Translations under genes and position numbers: made by a program
Assembly (NCBI GenBank): GCA_023253715.1
Contig: JALRFH010000186.1
Coordinates: 1 to 61,671 of the forward strand
Reading direction: 5' to 3'
From: Halieaceae bacterium
GTDB taxonomy: Bacteria; Pseudomonadota; Gammaproteobacteria; Pseudomonadales; Halieaceae
Length of the DNA: 61,671 nucleotides
Shown here: positions 26,168 to 35,963 of the stretch, in pieces
Layout: each line of letters opens with the position of its first letter
Position numbering within the stretch: position 1 is the stretch's first letter
The notes under the pieces: generated by a model
The model's database searches: none
What the model was told of the DNA's origin: nothing
What the model saw: only the letters and a program-made list of their open reading frames with translations

Positions 26168-27569
26168 CGGGTCGAAACCAAATTGGGCGCTGGTGAAAAT
26201 GCTGCCTGCTCACCTCGGTGGCCGATGCAAAGTCGGCCTCCAGCATTTGCTGAACTTCTTGAGCAAAGTCTTTATCGTTAATGATTGCGGTAATTTCAAA
26301 AGCTAGTTTGAAGCTGCGGTTGTCAAAATTCGCTGTGCCTATCGCGCACAGATAATCGTCGACCAGAGTGACTTTTTGGTGCATAAAGCCCGGCCCGTAG
26401 CGAAAGACTTTTACACCCGCGGGTAATAGCTCTTTGGTGTAGGACCAATTGGCCATCGCCACCACGGGGCCGTCAGGGTTGTGTGGGATCATGACCCGGA
26501 CATCCACACCGCGTAATACAGCCAATTGTAAAGCAGAGATAATGCTGTGGTCGGGCACAAAATACGGGCTCGTGATCCACAAGCGTTGTTTGGCGTCACT
26601 GATGAGCTGATGATACATCAACCCTGCTTCCTCAAACTCGCTGGAGGGGTCCGAGGGGAAAATCAATACTTGCTTGCCATGGCGACTTTCACGGGGCTTG
26701 GTAAAGCTCAGTTGCAATTGCTCGCCCGTCGCCCAACGCCAATCGGCGGCGAACGTTAATTCTATCGCAAGTACAGAGGGCCCTTGAATTTGAATATGGG
26801 TGTCTCGCCAAGGCCCGATCTTAGGGTCTTGCCCCAAATACTCGCACCCTATGTTGTGTCCGCCCAATAAAGCGAGTCTTGAGTCGACGCAGGCGAGTTT
26901 ACGGTGATTACGAAAATTTAGTTGGAAGCGATTGCGGCGGCCACGCGTTGTGTTAAATGGGACGATTTTCACGCCGCGGCTAAGCGCTCGATTCAGTAAG
27001 GGTGAACGCGCAAATGCACGACTGCCGATCTCGTCGTAAATGACATGTACCGCAAGGCCTTGTTGTGCTTTTATAATGAGTGCATTAATTAACTCGGCGC
27101 CGATGTGATCGTCACGAATGATGTAGTAGACCAAATAGATGTGCTTTTGTGCACCGTGAATGGCATCCATTAATGCGCTGTGTGTTGCCTTGCCGTTCAC
27201 CAATAGATCTATGTCATTACCGACGGTAACCGCAGTGCGTGCTAGGGGCAGTAGGGTGCGAAAGGTGTCGCACAGGTCGTCGGTGTTAACACTGTTGGGC
27301 CAGATGGCATCAGAGGTGGCTTGTTGACTGCTCTTTAATGCCTCTTCGACGGCCTTGCGCTGCTCGACGTAGCCATCAAATTTAGTCCGGCCAAAAATCC
27401 AGTAGATCGGCACCGCAATGTAGGGAAAGGTCAGCAGGACAATCACCCAAGCGACGGCGCCTTGTGCGGTGCGCGTTTTCATAACCGCCTCGATAGCCGA
27501 GACAAATCCCAGTAGGGTAAATACTGTGACTGTCAGTGCAAAGACTTGAGCCATAATCGAGAGATCCAT
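26130..27569 (-). CDS. cls: Cardiolipin synthase
   Basis: Two N-terminal TMs and two HKD motifs (NHRKLACVD, MHQKVTLVD); WRDTH, TSPYFVP, NFDNRS. Confidence 0.93.
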   Translation of the reverse strand: MDLSIMAQVFALTVTVFTLLGFVSAIEAVMKTRTAQGAVAWVIVLLTFPYIAVPIYWIFGRTKFDGYVEQRKAVEEALKSSQQATSDAIWPNSVNTDDLCDTFRTLLPLARTAVTVGNDIDLLVNGKATHSALMDAIHGAQKHIYLVYYIIRDDHIGAELINALIIKAQQGLAVHVIYDEIGSRAFARSPLLNRALSRGVKIVPFNTTRGRRNRFQLNFRNHRKLACVDSRLALLGGHNIGCEYLGQDPKIGPWRDTHIQIQGPSVLAIELTFAADWRWATGEQLQLSFTKPRESRHGKQVLIFPSDPSSEFEEAGLMYHQLISDAKQRLWITSPYFVPDHSIISALQLAVLRGVDVRVMIPHNPDGPVVAMANWSYTKELLPAGVKVFRYGPGFMHQKVTLVDDYLCAIGTANFDNRSFKLAFEITAIINDKDFAQEVQQMLEADFASATEVSRQHFHQRPIWFRPAMALARLLSPVL

Positions 27570-27686
27570 TAACTTAAGAATAGCAGATAAAAGCCGCTTG
27601 AATAGGCTTTTGATTCTACCTAGATCAAAGTGTTAAGCGCTGACTTTTGTTAAGATTCACATCAATTTCCGTTGGAACGCCGCGCT

Positions 27687-30600
27687 ATGATTGAACGACT
27701 TATCGCAATAGCCCTACAGAAAGGTGTCGCACCTTTTCTGTTTTTGGCAGGCATAGTGCTTGGTATCGTTGCACTGACGTTTATGCCTCGGGAAGAAGAG
27801 CCTCAAATTGTTGTGCCGATGATTGATGTCTCTATCGAAGCACCAGGATTATCGGTATCGGAAGTTGAGCGGCAAGTGGTGGTTCCGGTCGAAAAACTCT
27901 TGTCACAAATCCCGGGAATTGAGCACGTCTACTCACAAAGTCATCCCAATCGTGCCCTAGTCACTTTGGCTTTTTATGTGGGTGAAGATCGTGAGGACAG
28001 CTTGCTCAATACCTACAACAAACTTTACGCCAACCAAGATCAAGTGCCGCCCGTTGTCAGTGCGTGGCAGGTTCGGCCGGTGGAGGTGGACGACGTGCCC
28101 ATTGTGGTCTACGCGTTGACCAGCACCGAGCCTGAAATGATGGGCGACTTCGAACTTCGGCGCCTAGCCGATGAAGTTGCCAGCGTATTACAGGGCGTGC
28201 AAGAGACCAGTGAGGTTAAGGTCGTTGGTGGTCGAGAGCGGGCGGTGCAAATACTGTTTGATCCCTTGCGACTGGCCTCGCGGCAAACCACTGTATTGGA
28301 TGTGGTCAACGCGATCTCGCTGTCCAATGACGTCATTAGCGCAGGCTCTTTGACGTATGGTAATCAAGCGATCGCGCTAGAAAGTGGTGACCTCTTGCGC
28401 TCTATCGATACACTGCAATCGCTGGTGGTGAATGTCGTGGGCGGCGACTTGGTGACCCTTGGTGATGTGGCCACCATCAAGGATGGTCCGCCCTCGAAGA
28501 CATCAATTACTTGGTACGAAAATGCGGCGAGTCTATCGGGCGATGTGCAACCGATGGTGGCGATCAGTATCGCCAAACAGCGCGGCACGAACGCGGTCAA
28601 AGTCGCAGAGCAGTTGCATAAAACCATGGCGGAATTGCAACGCGAACTGATTCCTGAGCAGGTTCAGGTTCATACCATTCGCGACTATGGCGTGACCGCC
28701 GATGAAAAAGTGAAGAATTTGGGGAGCAGTCTGGTCTTTGCCGTTTTGACCGTGGTTGCTTTCATCGGTTTATTCTTGGGTTGGCGAGCAGCTTTGATCG
28801 TAGCCTTGGCGGTACCGGTTTGCTATGGCATGACGCTGGCCCTCGATCTTGTGTTTGGTTACACCATCAATCGCGTGACACTGTTCGCCTTGATTCTGGC
28901 CCTAGGTTTGTTGGTCGACGATCCGATTACGGGTGTCGATAATATCACGCGAAAACTGCAAGGCGGGCGCGGCAGCATTACTGATCGAATTGTCACGGCC
29001 ATTGCTGAAATTAAAGTGCCCTTATTGATGTCTACCGTGACCATTGTATTGGCCTTTCTACCCTTGGCCTTTATTACTGGCATGATGGGGCCTTACATGG
29101 CGCCCATGGCCTTTAACGTGCCGCTGGCGGTCATGGCAAGTACGCTGACGGCCTTATTTGTGACGCCGTGGCTCGCGAAGGTGTTTTTAGGTAAGGCGGC
29201 AATCGAGGAAACCGACGAGGATTGGCGCTCCTTGGATCATAACGCTTTTTACGTTCGGAATATGTTGGCGCTGCTGACCTCGAGCTCACGTCGCCGTGCC
29301 GTCTTGTGGATCTTGCTGATGACTTTTTTGGCTGCCGTGTTATTGCCGGTCTTTCGCTTGGTGCCGCTCAAACTTTTGCCCTTTGATAACAAGAACGAGC
29401 TCCAGGTTGTTATCGATATGCCAGAGGGAACCGCGCTTGAGGCAACCGCCGCTGTTGCATCCGAAGCCAGTCGTATTGCTTTGTCACTTCCCGAAGTGAT
29501 TTCTGCATCGGTATTTGTAGGCGAACCCAGCCCACACGATTTTAATGGCCTAGTGCGCAAGCACTATTTGCGACAAGGGCCCCACTTGGGCGATGTCCGG
29601 TTAACCTTATTGGATAAAGGCGCACGTGTGCATCAGTCGCATGCCGTTGTTTTGCGCCTGCGCGAAGCGCTCGTCGGTTTGATGTATCAGCACCCTGAGG
29701 CGGTGATCAGCGTGGTTGAAGTGCCGCCAGGGCCACCGGTCATGGCAACCTTAGTGGCCGAGGTCTATGGCCGTACGCTGACACCTTATGCCGAGCAACA
29801 GAGGGCTGCAGAGCTTTTGGCAGAGCGGTTCCGAGCTGAGCCCTTCGTAAACCAAGTGGACACCAGTGTGGGTAGCGCTGCGCCCCGATTGAGGTTCGTG
29901 ACCGATAAAGCGAAAGCGGCGATGTCGGGCATTCCTACCTCTGATATTAATGCAACCCTTAGCTTGGCACACGCGGGACAGGTGGTGGGTTTTATGGCAG
30001 CGGAACGTGAAGCCCAACCTTTACCGCTGTTGTTACGGCTGCCCGTTGCCGAACGCAGTCGTGTCGAGGACCTGTCGACGCTTTTACTTAAGGGGCGCTT
30101 GGGAGCTGTGAGCGAGCAGCGCAGCGCTGGTTTGCAAGCCGCCCCACAAAATTTGGTGGCCTTAGGTGAGTTAGGGGCGTTTCAGAGTGTGCCCCTAGAA
30201 ACGCCGATTTATCGCAAAGATTTACGTCCTGTGGTCTACGTGACGGCAGAGATTTCGGGGCGAACCCCCGCGGAAGTGATTGCCGACATTACGGCAGATG
30301 AAACCCTTGGCGCAATCGAACGCTCGAGTTGGCAAGACCGCACCTTTTTCTCATCAGGTGGTACACAGGCGTGGCAGGTTCCCGAATCGGTCGATATCCA
30401 TTGGATTGGTGAAGGGGAATGGAAGGTCACCGTCGATGTATTCCGCGATATGGGCTTGGCGTTTGCGTTTGCCTTGGTGGCGATTTACTTTGTGTTGCGT
30501 TTACAGACCGGTTCGATTGCGCTGACTCTACTGATTATGTCGTCAATACCGTTGACGATGATCGGTATTATGCCGGGGTTTTGGCTGCTGAATCAGCTCG

Positions 30601-31007
30601 GTGAACGCTGGGTGGCAGGTGCACCAGAGCCGGTATTATTTACCGCCACCGCCATGATTGGCATGATTGCGCTAGCGGGGATTGTGGTGCGTAATTCATT
30701 GATTCTTGTTGATTTTATTAATCAGGCACGAGCGCAAGGAGCCTCGGTATTAGATGCTGTGCTTAGCGCAGGTTCTGTGCGTATGCGTCCCGTTCTGCTC
30801 ACCGCGGGCACGACCTTGCTGGGTAACCTCGTTATCACGCTCGATCCCGTATTCAGCGGTTTGGCAATTGCTATTATTTTTGGAATTTTAGCTTCCACGA
30901 TTTTGACCTTGGTGGTGGTGCCGGTGGTTTACTGTATGTTGTACGGCCCGGCAATTGATGACAGTCCTATTAATGACAACCCTAGGGAGATGCGTCATGA
31001 GCAGTAA
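27687..31007 (+). CDS. RND efflux permease (AcrB/AcrD/AcrF superfamily)
   Basis: PREEEPQIVVP, GLLVDD (TM4), GIVVRNSLILVDF, RMRPVLLTA; about 1100 aa. Confidence 0.92.
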   Translation: MIERLIAIALQKGVAPFLFLAGIVLGIVALTFMPREEEPQIVVPMIDVSIEAPGLSVSEVERQVVVPVEKLLSQIPGIEHVYSQSHPNRALVTLAFYVGEDREDSLLNTYNKLYANQDQVPPVVSAWQVRPVEVDDVPIVVYALTSTEPEMMGDFELRRLADEVASVLQGVQETSEVKVVGGRERAVQILFDPLRLASRQTTVLDVVNAISLSNDVISAGSLTYGNQAIALESGDLLRSIDTLQSLVVNVVGGDLVTLGDVATIKDGPPSKTSITWYENAASLSGDVQPMVAISIAKQRGTNAVKVAEQLHKTMAELQRELIPEQVQVHTIRDYGVTADEKVKNLGSSLVFAVLTVVAFIGLFLGWRAALIVALAVPVCYGMTLALDLVFGYTINRVTLFALILALGLLVDDPITGVDNITRKLQGGRGSITDRIVTAIAEIKVPLLMSTVTIVLAFLPLAFITGMMGPYMAPMAFNVPLAVMASTLTALFVTPWLAKVFLGKAAIEETDEDWRSLDHNAFYVRNMLALLTSSSRRRAVLWILLMTFLAAVLLPVFRLVPLKLLPFDNKNELQVVIDMPEGTALEATAAVASEASRIALSLPEVISASVFVGEPSPHDFNGLVRKHYLRQGPHLGDVRLTLLDKGARVHQSHAVVLRLREALVGLMYQHPEAVISVVEVPPGPPVMATLVAEVYGRTLTPYAEQQRAAELLAERFRAEPFVNQVDTSVGSAAPRLRFVTDKAKAAMSGIPTSDINATLSLAHAGQVVGFMAAEREAQPLPLLLRLPVAERSRVEDLSTLLLKGRLGAVSEQRSAGLQAAPQNLVALGELGAFQSVPLETPIYRKDLRPVVYVTAEISGRTPAEVIADITADETLGAIERSSWQDRTFFSSGGTQAWQVPESVDIHWIGEGEWKVTVDVFRDMGLAFAFALVAIYFVLRLQTGSIALTLLIMSSIPLTMIGIMPGFWLLNQLGERWVAGAPEPVLFTATAMIGMIALAGIVVRNSLILVDFINQARAQGASVLDAVLSAGSVRMRPVLLTAGTTLLGNLVITLDPVFSGLAIAIIFGILASTILTLVVVPVVYCMLYGPAIDDSPINDNPREMRHEQ

Positions 31008-32046
31008 TCAGCGACTTATAATGGGCAGCCTTGGCCTGTTTGTCTTTTTAGGCTTGGTCATTGTGTTTATGGCGGGCGGTTTTAGTGATCGGGTTCAACC
31101 GGGGCTGTTGGTTGAGCAAGCTAAGCAAGGTGGGGAAGGATTCACGGTGCAGAGTATCGAGCGTCAGGCCTTCGAGCGGGTACCTGGATCGGTGGAGGCT
31201 CGGGAAACAACCTTAGTGTCCTCGCGTATTATGTCGACTGTGGAATCTGTGATCGTGCGTGCCGGCGATACTGTACAAGCCGGTGATCTCTTAGTGAGTT
31301 TGGATAGACGCGATCTTCAGGCGCGCCTTGAGTCGGTAGTGGCTAGTCGCACAGCGATTGATGCGCGGCTTGAGGAGGCCAGACGAACACTGGCTCGGGC
31401 CGAAGAGTTGTTGTCACGAGGTTTGTTATCGCAAGCCGATTACGATAAAGCCGCAGCAGCGGATGCCGCTCTGGTGGCCGAGCGTCTAGCGATCACCGAA
31501 AACATCCGAGAAGTCGAGACGGCCATAAGTTTTACCCAAGTGAAGGCACCTATCTCCGGACGTGTGGTGGATCGCTTTGTAGAGCCTGGCGATTTGGCAA
31601 GCCCAGGTGCGCGCTTGGTGTCACTGTATAATCCCGCCAGTTTGGAAGTCGCGTTGAAAGTGCGAGAAGACTTGGCGATGGGACTGCAGCTGGGTGATGC
31701 TGTTCGGGTGCTCGTGCCCTCAGCGGATCGATCGTTCAATGCCGAAGTGAGCGAGATCGTACCCGCAGCAGATCGAGTTTCTCGCAGCTTTGATATTACC
31801 TTGCAGGTACTGGAAGGGCAGGGGCTCTTGCCCGGTTTATTCGCCGAAGCGCACATACCCGCTGCGACTGAAATTTGGCGAGCGATCCCAAAACGTTTGG
31901 TGCAACACTTGGGTCAACTGAACCTTGTTTGGGTGAAGACAGACGCTGGTCCCCTAAAGCGTTTTGTGCGTTTGGGGCGCGAAGAGGGCGCTGAGGTGGA
32001 AGTCACCGCCGGGCTAAGCGACGGTGAGATTGTGATTGCACCTTAG
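30997..32046 (+). CDS. RND periplasmic adaptor (membrane fusion protein)
   Basis: N-terminal anchor; lipoyl halves VRAGDTVQAGDLLV and VKAPISGRVV flanking a coiled coil; GLSDGE C-terminus; GGAG RBS before ATG 30997. Confidence 0.92.
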   Translation: MSSNQRLIMGSLGLFVFLGLVIVFMAGGFSDRVQPGLLVEQAKQGGEGFTVQSIERQAFERVPGSVEARETTLVSSRIMSTVESVIVRAGDTVQAGDLLVSLDRRDLQARLESVVASRTAIDARLEEARRTLARAEELLSRGLLSQADYDKAAAADAALVAERLAITENIREVETAISFTQVKAPISGRVVDRFVEPGDLASPGARLVSLYNPASLEVALKVREDLAMGLQLGDAVRVLVPSADRSFNAEVSEIVPAADRVSRSFDITLQVLEGQGLLPGLFAEAHIPAATEIWRAIPKRLVQHLGQLNLVWVKTDAGPLKRFVRLGREEGAEVEVTAGLSDGEIVIAP

Positions 32047-32050
32047 TGGG

Positions 32051-33157
32051 CTAACGAGACTGTTCTAAAGTCACTTCGTATTTGCGCTCTTCGTTGCCTA
32101 GAAGCGTTGTGACGGTGATGGTGTCCCCCGCTTGGTAGCGTTCCAGCTGAGTGTAATACTCGTCGTTATTGCGAACCGGCTCACCATTGATCTGGGTTAT
32201 GATATCGCCTAGGGCGATGTCGCCACGGTAGTTGCGGTAGGCGCCACGCATGCCGGCTTGATCGGCGGGGAGTCCTGGGAACAAGCGCACGATGGGTACG
32301 CCGGGGATGTTGTAGCGTCGGATCCAGTTATCGCTTGCGAGCTCTACGCCCAATACGGGTCGAAGCACGCGTCCGTAGCTAATCAGTTGTGGAACGACTT
32401 CGGCGACGGTATTTACGGGAATGGCAAAGCCGATACCTGCACTTGCGCCGCTCGGGCTGTAAATTGCCGTATTGACGCCAATCAGCTGGCCCATAGAGTT
32501 CAGTAGCGGTCCACCTGAATTACCCGGGTTGATCGCCGCATCGGTTTGAATCACGCCGCGAATGGTACGATTGCTTGGCGCTTTAATTTCACGTCCCAAG
32601 GCGCTCACAATGCCAGTGGTCAGCGTGGTGTCCAGACCAAAAGGATTGCCTATGGCCAAAACTTTGCGGCCTACCTGTAACTCGCTGGAGTCCCCTAATG
32701 GCAGCGTTTGTAAGTCCTCCGGTGCGCCTTCAATTCTGAGCACCGCGAGGTCCTTCTCAGGCGCTACGCCGATAACCTCAGCATCGTATTCACTGCGATC
32801 TTGCAGGGTTACGGTAAGCTTCTGGGCGCCGGCTATCACGTGGTAGTTAGTTACAATTAAGCCTTGACTGTTCCAGATAAAGCCCGTGCCAGAACCGCGT
32901 GGGATCTCTTCAACGTTTAAGGAAAACAAGCCTCGACGCAAGGCTTTGTTGGTGACAAAGACCACGGCAGGGCTGGCTTTACTGAAAATCTCGGTGGTAT
33001 TGGCTTCGTCGTCGGTAGCAAAGCTTAGATACTCAGGTACGTCCTTGTCTCGGGATTCCGCCGCCGCGTTGGGTGCGATGGACGCACCATCACCGAGGCC
33101 ACAAGCGCCCAGTAAAGTGATCAAAAAGAGCGTGATAGATCGAAATACTTGGGTCAT
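32051..33157 (-). CDS. HtrA/Deg-family serine protease with one PDZ, probable lipoprotein
   Basis: TNYHV, DLAVL, QTDAAINPGNSGGPL triad motifs; lipobox LLGAC; GGAGG RBS before ATG 33157. Confidence 0.92.
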   Translation of the reverse strand: MTQVFRSITLFLITLLGACGLGDGASIAPNAAAESRDKDVPEYLSFATDDEANTTEIFSKASPAVVFVTNKALRRGLFSLNVEEIPRGSGTGFIWNSQGLIVTNYHVIAGAQKLTVTLQDRSEYDAEVIGVAPEKDLAVLRIEGAPEDLQTLPLGDSSELQVGRKVLAIGNPFGLDTTLTTGIVSALGREIKAPSNRTIRGVIQTDAAINPGNSGGPLLNSMGQLIGVNTAIYSPSGASAGIGFAIPVNTVAEVVPQLISYGRVLRPVLGVELASDNWIRRYNIPGVPIVRLFPGLPADQAGMRGAYRNYRGDIALGDIITQINGEPVRNNDEYYTQLERYQAGDTITVTTLLGNEERKYEVTLEQSR

Positions 33158-33179
33158 GGTGACCTCCGATGATTGGTCA

Positions 33180-34061
33180 TTACCCTCTGCGGAGCGCTTC
33201 AATACGAGCGGTTAGAGGGGGGTGAGATGCCAGCATTTGCGCCATGCCTAACTTATTGATGTTGCGAATACCAAAGGCGGTGAGTTCGCCGGGTAAGTCA
33301 TTGGGTAAGTTTTGCTCCCGTTGCAGACGTTCTAGGGCGCTGATCATGGCGCCTCGGCCGGCGAGTGCAGCACCAGCTGCGTCAGCGCGATATTCACGTA
33401 AACGAGAAAACCAGGCCACAATGATACTGGCAAGAATGCCCAGCACGATTTCAGCGAAGAAGGTTGCGATGTAATAGCCGATGCCGTAGCCCCGCTCGGT
33501 TTTGAAAATGACACGATCTACGGTGTGACCAATAATACGTGCAAAGAACATGACAAAGGTATTCACCACGCCTTGAATCAAACTCAGTGTCACCATGTCG
33601 CCGTTGGCGACATGGCCAATTTCGTGTGCGAGTACCGCTTTAACTTCCTCGGGTGAAAATCGATTTAATAAGCCTGAGCTGACTGCGACCAGTGCATCAT
33701 TGCGGTTCCAGCCAGTGGCAAAGGCATTGGCCGTTTGCGACGGGAAGACCCCAACCTCTGGCATTTTAATGCCAGCTTCACGTGACAGTTCGGCCACGGT
33801 GTCAAGCAGCCATCGGCTTTGTCGGTCCGTGGGCGCGGTAATGAGTTGAGTTCCCGTCGATTTTTTTGCCATCCACTTGCTTAGGAATAGCGAGACAAAA
33901 GCACCACCAAACCCAAAGAGTGCGCAAAAAACGAGCAAGGCCTGTAAGTTTAGGTCAACGCCGTTGGCTGCCAGGATGCTTTCGAACCCCAGCAAATTAA
34001 AGATGATGCTGACCAACACAAGTACTGCCAGGTTGGTCACCAAAAACAACAGAATACGCAT
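33180..34061 (-). CDS. htpX: Membrane zinc metalloprotease HtpX
   Basis: [35 protein letters not shown]. Confidence 0.96.
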   Translation of the reverse strand: MRILLFLVTNLAVLVLVSIIFNLLGFESILAANGVDLNLQALLVFCALFGFGGAFVSLFLSKWMAKKSTGTQLITAPTDRQSRWLLDTVAELSREAGIKMPEVGVFPSQTANAFATGWNRNDALVAVSSGLLNRFSPEEVKAVLAHEIGHVANGDMVTLSLIQGVVNTFVMFFARIIGHTVDRVIFKTERGYGIGYYIATFFAEIVLGILASIIVAWFSRLREYRADAAGAALAGRGAMISALERLQREQNLPNDLPGELTAFGIRNINKLGMAQMLASHPPLTARIEALRRG

Positions 34062-34108
34062 GAGAATAACCTCTGAAATGCCCGTAACAATGCTATATAC
34101 ACTGTAGA

Positions 34109-34137
34109 TAATGGGGGTAGATCACTTTAAATCAAGG
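34109..34137 (-). promoter_or_regulatory. Sigma32 (RpoH)-type promoter of htpX
   Basis: Minus strand CTTGAT-14 nt-CCCCATTA, matching CTTGAA-N13-17-CCCCAT. Confidence 0.7.
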
Positions 34138-34186
34138 ACGGACGATACTCAGACAGTTGAAAGCGATGAAAGGTTCCGAGGGCAGG

Positions 34187-34456
34187 CTAAATAGCGACGG
34201 AAATGGGCTCTTGTGTGTCGCCGGGTAAGGGATGCTCGCTGACCTCGAGCTTGAGTTTACCGTTGTCGGTTAATTCTGGTTCAAAGATCTCCGCGCGCAG
34301 TTCAATATCTTTGGACGACAGTTCCACCACCGTGTTTAGGGCTTCGTCACGGTATTTGAACTGGGCCACCGCCTGCGCCTCACGTCCGTCCGTCCACTCT
34401 TTGCCTTTGCTGTAGTAGTGGCCTAGCTGATTGCGGATAACAAAGGTGTCACTCAT
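34187..34456 (-). CDS. Hypothetical protein, 89 aa
   Basis: ATG 3 nt after the J-domain gene stop; natural globular, acidic composition; no family recognised. Confidence 0.75.
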   Translation of the reverse strand: MSDTFVIRNQLGHYYSKGKEWTDGREAQAVAQFKYRDEALNTVVELSSKDIELRAEIFEPELTDNGKLKLEVSEHPLPGDTQEPISVAI

Positions 34457-34459
34457 AGC

Positions 34460-35167
34460 CTAGCGCTCTCCCAGTAACTTGGCTTTGGCGTCATTGACGC
34501 GGGCGGCGAGATAGTCGTTGCCGCCCCGGTCGGGGTGTAATTTTTGCATGAGCTTGCGATGTGCTGCAATGATATCGTCTTTAGAAGCGCCGTCGCTGAG
34601 CCCCAAAATGGCCAGTGCTTCTTTCTCGGTCAGCTCTCCACTGTGATCGCTGCGAGGTGGTGCTTGGTTTTGATAGTCCGCGCCGAACCGTTGTTCTAGG
34701 TACGACAGCAGTAGCTGAGTCGAGTCGGCGTCAGTGGCGCGACAGTATTCCAGAAGTGTATCGAGCTCTGTTTGAGACAGGTCAGACAGCAGCTTGCCGC
34801 TAAACGCACCACTCAGGACAGTGCCATTCAAGCGACCATTGTTGTGATCTAAGGTCATGCGCAGAACGGCGGAGTCCACCTGTGATGTCGCGCTTGCGGC
34901 TGATTGTCCCAGCCACCCTTTGAGATGCGGTAACAGTTGAATCAGCAGGGGAAGCGATTGCCGTAGCAGTACCAATAAACCCGTGACTAAGGCACCAATC
35001 CAGTGCATTTTGCCGCTGATGGCCAATACAACGGCCACAATTAAAGCCACCGCGAAGATCAGCTGAACATAGGCGGCTTTACGCTTTTGCGCAGGCAGGG
35101 CTTTGATCCGTGTTACCGCGATGTACAAGGCGAGTGCGGCGGCGGCAAATAGTATCAGTCTTGGCAT
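34460..35167 (-). CDS. Membrane-anchored DnaJ-domain protein with C-terminal Pam18/Tim14-like J domain
   Basis: N-terminal hydrophobic helices; C-terminal EALAILGL...AHRKLMQKLHPDRGGNDYLAARVNDAK with HPD. Confidence 0.88.
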   Translation of the reverse strand: MPRLILFAAAALALYIAVTRIKALPAQKRKAAYVQLIFAVALIVAVVLAISGKMHWIGALVTGLLVLLRQSLPLLIQLLPHLKGWLGQSAASATSQVDSAVLRMTLDHNNGRLNGTVLSGAFSGKLLSDLSQTELDTLLEYCRATDADSTQLLLSYLEQRFGADYQNQAPPRSDHSGELTEKEALAILGLSDGASKDDIIAAHRKLMQKLHPDRGGNDYLAARVNDAKAKLLGER

Positions 35168-35856
35168 TAGGACTTTGGTAATTGTTCCAGTAGCGTTTGC
35201 GCCGCAGCATCGCGACGCTTAGTGAGTGCAGTATAACCGCCTTGAGCATAGGCTGCCACGGCACTGAGCAGATCGCGCAGGCGATTGGGTGCATTCAGGT
35301 CGAAACGGGCGTAGGCGCCGGCTGATAGGCGGGCCATCTGTTGAAAGACGTCTTCGACCCCCGGATTTAGCCCCTCTTGAAACAAAAATAAAGGCAACTT
35401 GCGGAGTTTGCATTGCCCCGCCAGATCGATGAGCTCATGTGCAGGCTCTTCGATGGCGTCACCAATAAAAATCAGGCCGCGAATGGGGCTTGACTGATGT
35501 TCGCTCAGGGCATGGCGCAGCGTTTTACGAATTTGCGTTTGGCCACCGGCGCAACGCACACTCGCCATTTTTCGGCTTAGGGTGTCAGCATCGCTCAGCC
35601 AGTCGGTTTGACGAAATTCTTCAAAGCCTCGGTAGAAACAAAGTTTCAGGGTCAGGCCTTTCAATCCGTCGGTTGCGTGCAGGAGGCTGTGTGTGAGCGA
35701 GCAGGCCAAATCCCAGGTTGGTTGCCGGCTTGCCGTGGCGTCAATGGTAAATAAAAGCCGTTGTTGGTGCTTAACCACCTTAGAGATGGTCTTGTGCTGC
35801 TGTATAAAGGCGCTGATCTCGTTGCTTGAATTGGTGGTTTTTAGCGTGCCGCCCAT
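35167..35856 (-). CDS. VWA domain-containing protein
   Basis: LLFTIDATASR (MIDAS DxTxS), GGQTQI, LIFIGDAIEE; TAATG coupling to the J-domain gene. Confidence 0.85.
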   Translation of the reverse strand: MGGTLKTTNSSNEISAFIQQHKTISKVVKHQQRLLFTIDATASRQPTWDLACSLTHSLLHATDGLKGLTLKLCFYRGFEEFRQTDWLSDADTLSRKMASVRCAGGQTQIRKTLRHALSEHQSSPIRGLIFIGDAIEEPAHELIDLAGQCKLRKLPLFLFQEGLNPGVEDVFQQMARLSAGAYARFDLNAPNRLRDLLSAVAAYAQGGYTALTKRRDAAAQTLLEQLPKS

Positions 35857-35963
35857 AGTGTGGCTCTGGTGTCATAATCTCGCTAAAATAATGACGGCTT
35901 CAATGTCGGCATGCAAGCCTCTTTGTCAGCAAGCGCTGTTGCCACAAGCGCAAGGAAAACGGT

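Noticed and set aside
27610-27628. FNR/Anr box
   Set aside because: The half sites TTGAT and ATCAA are separated by 9 nt, not 4; kept only as an unassigned inverted repeat.
35929-35944. Possible sigma54 promoter TGGCAACAGCGCTTGC (minus strand) before the VWA gene
   Set aside because: GG-to-GC spacing is 11 nt rather than 10, so it cannot be claimed as a target of the sigma54 activator.
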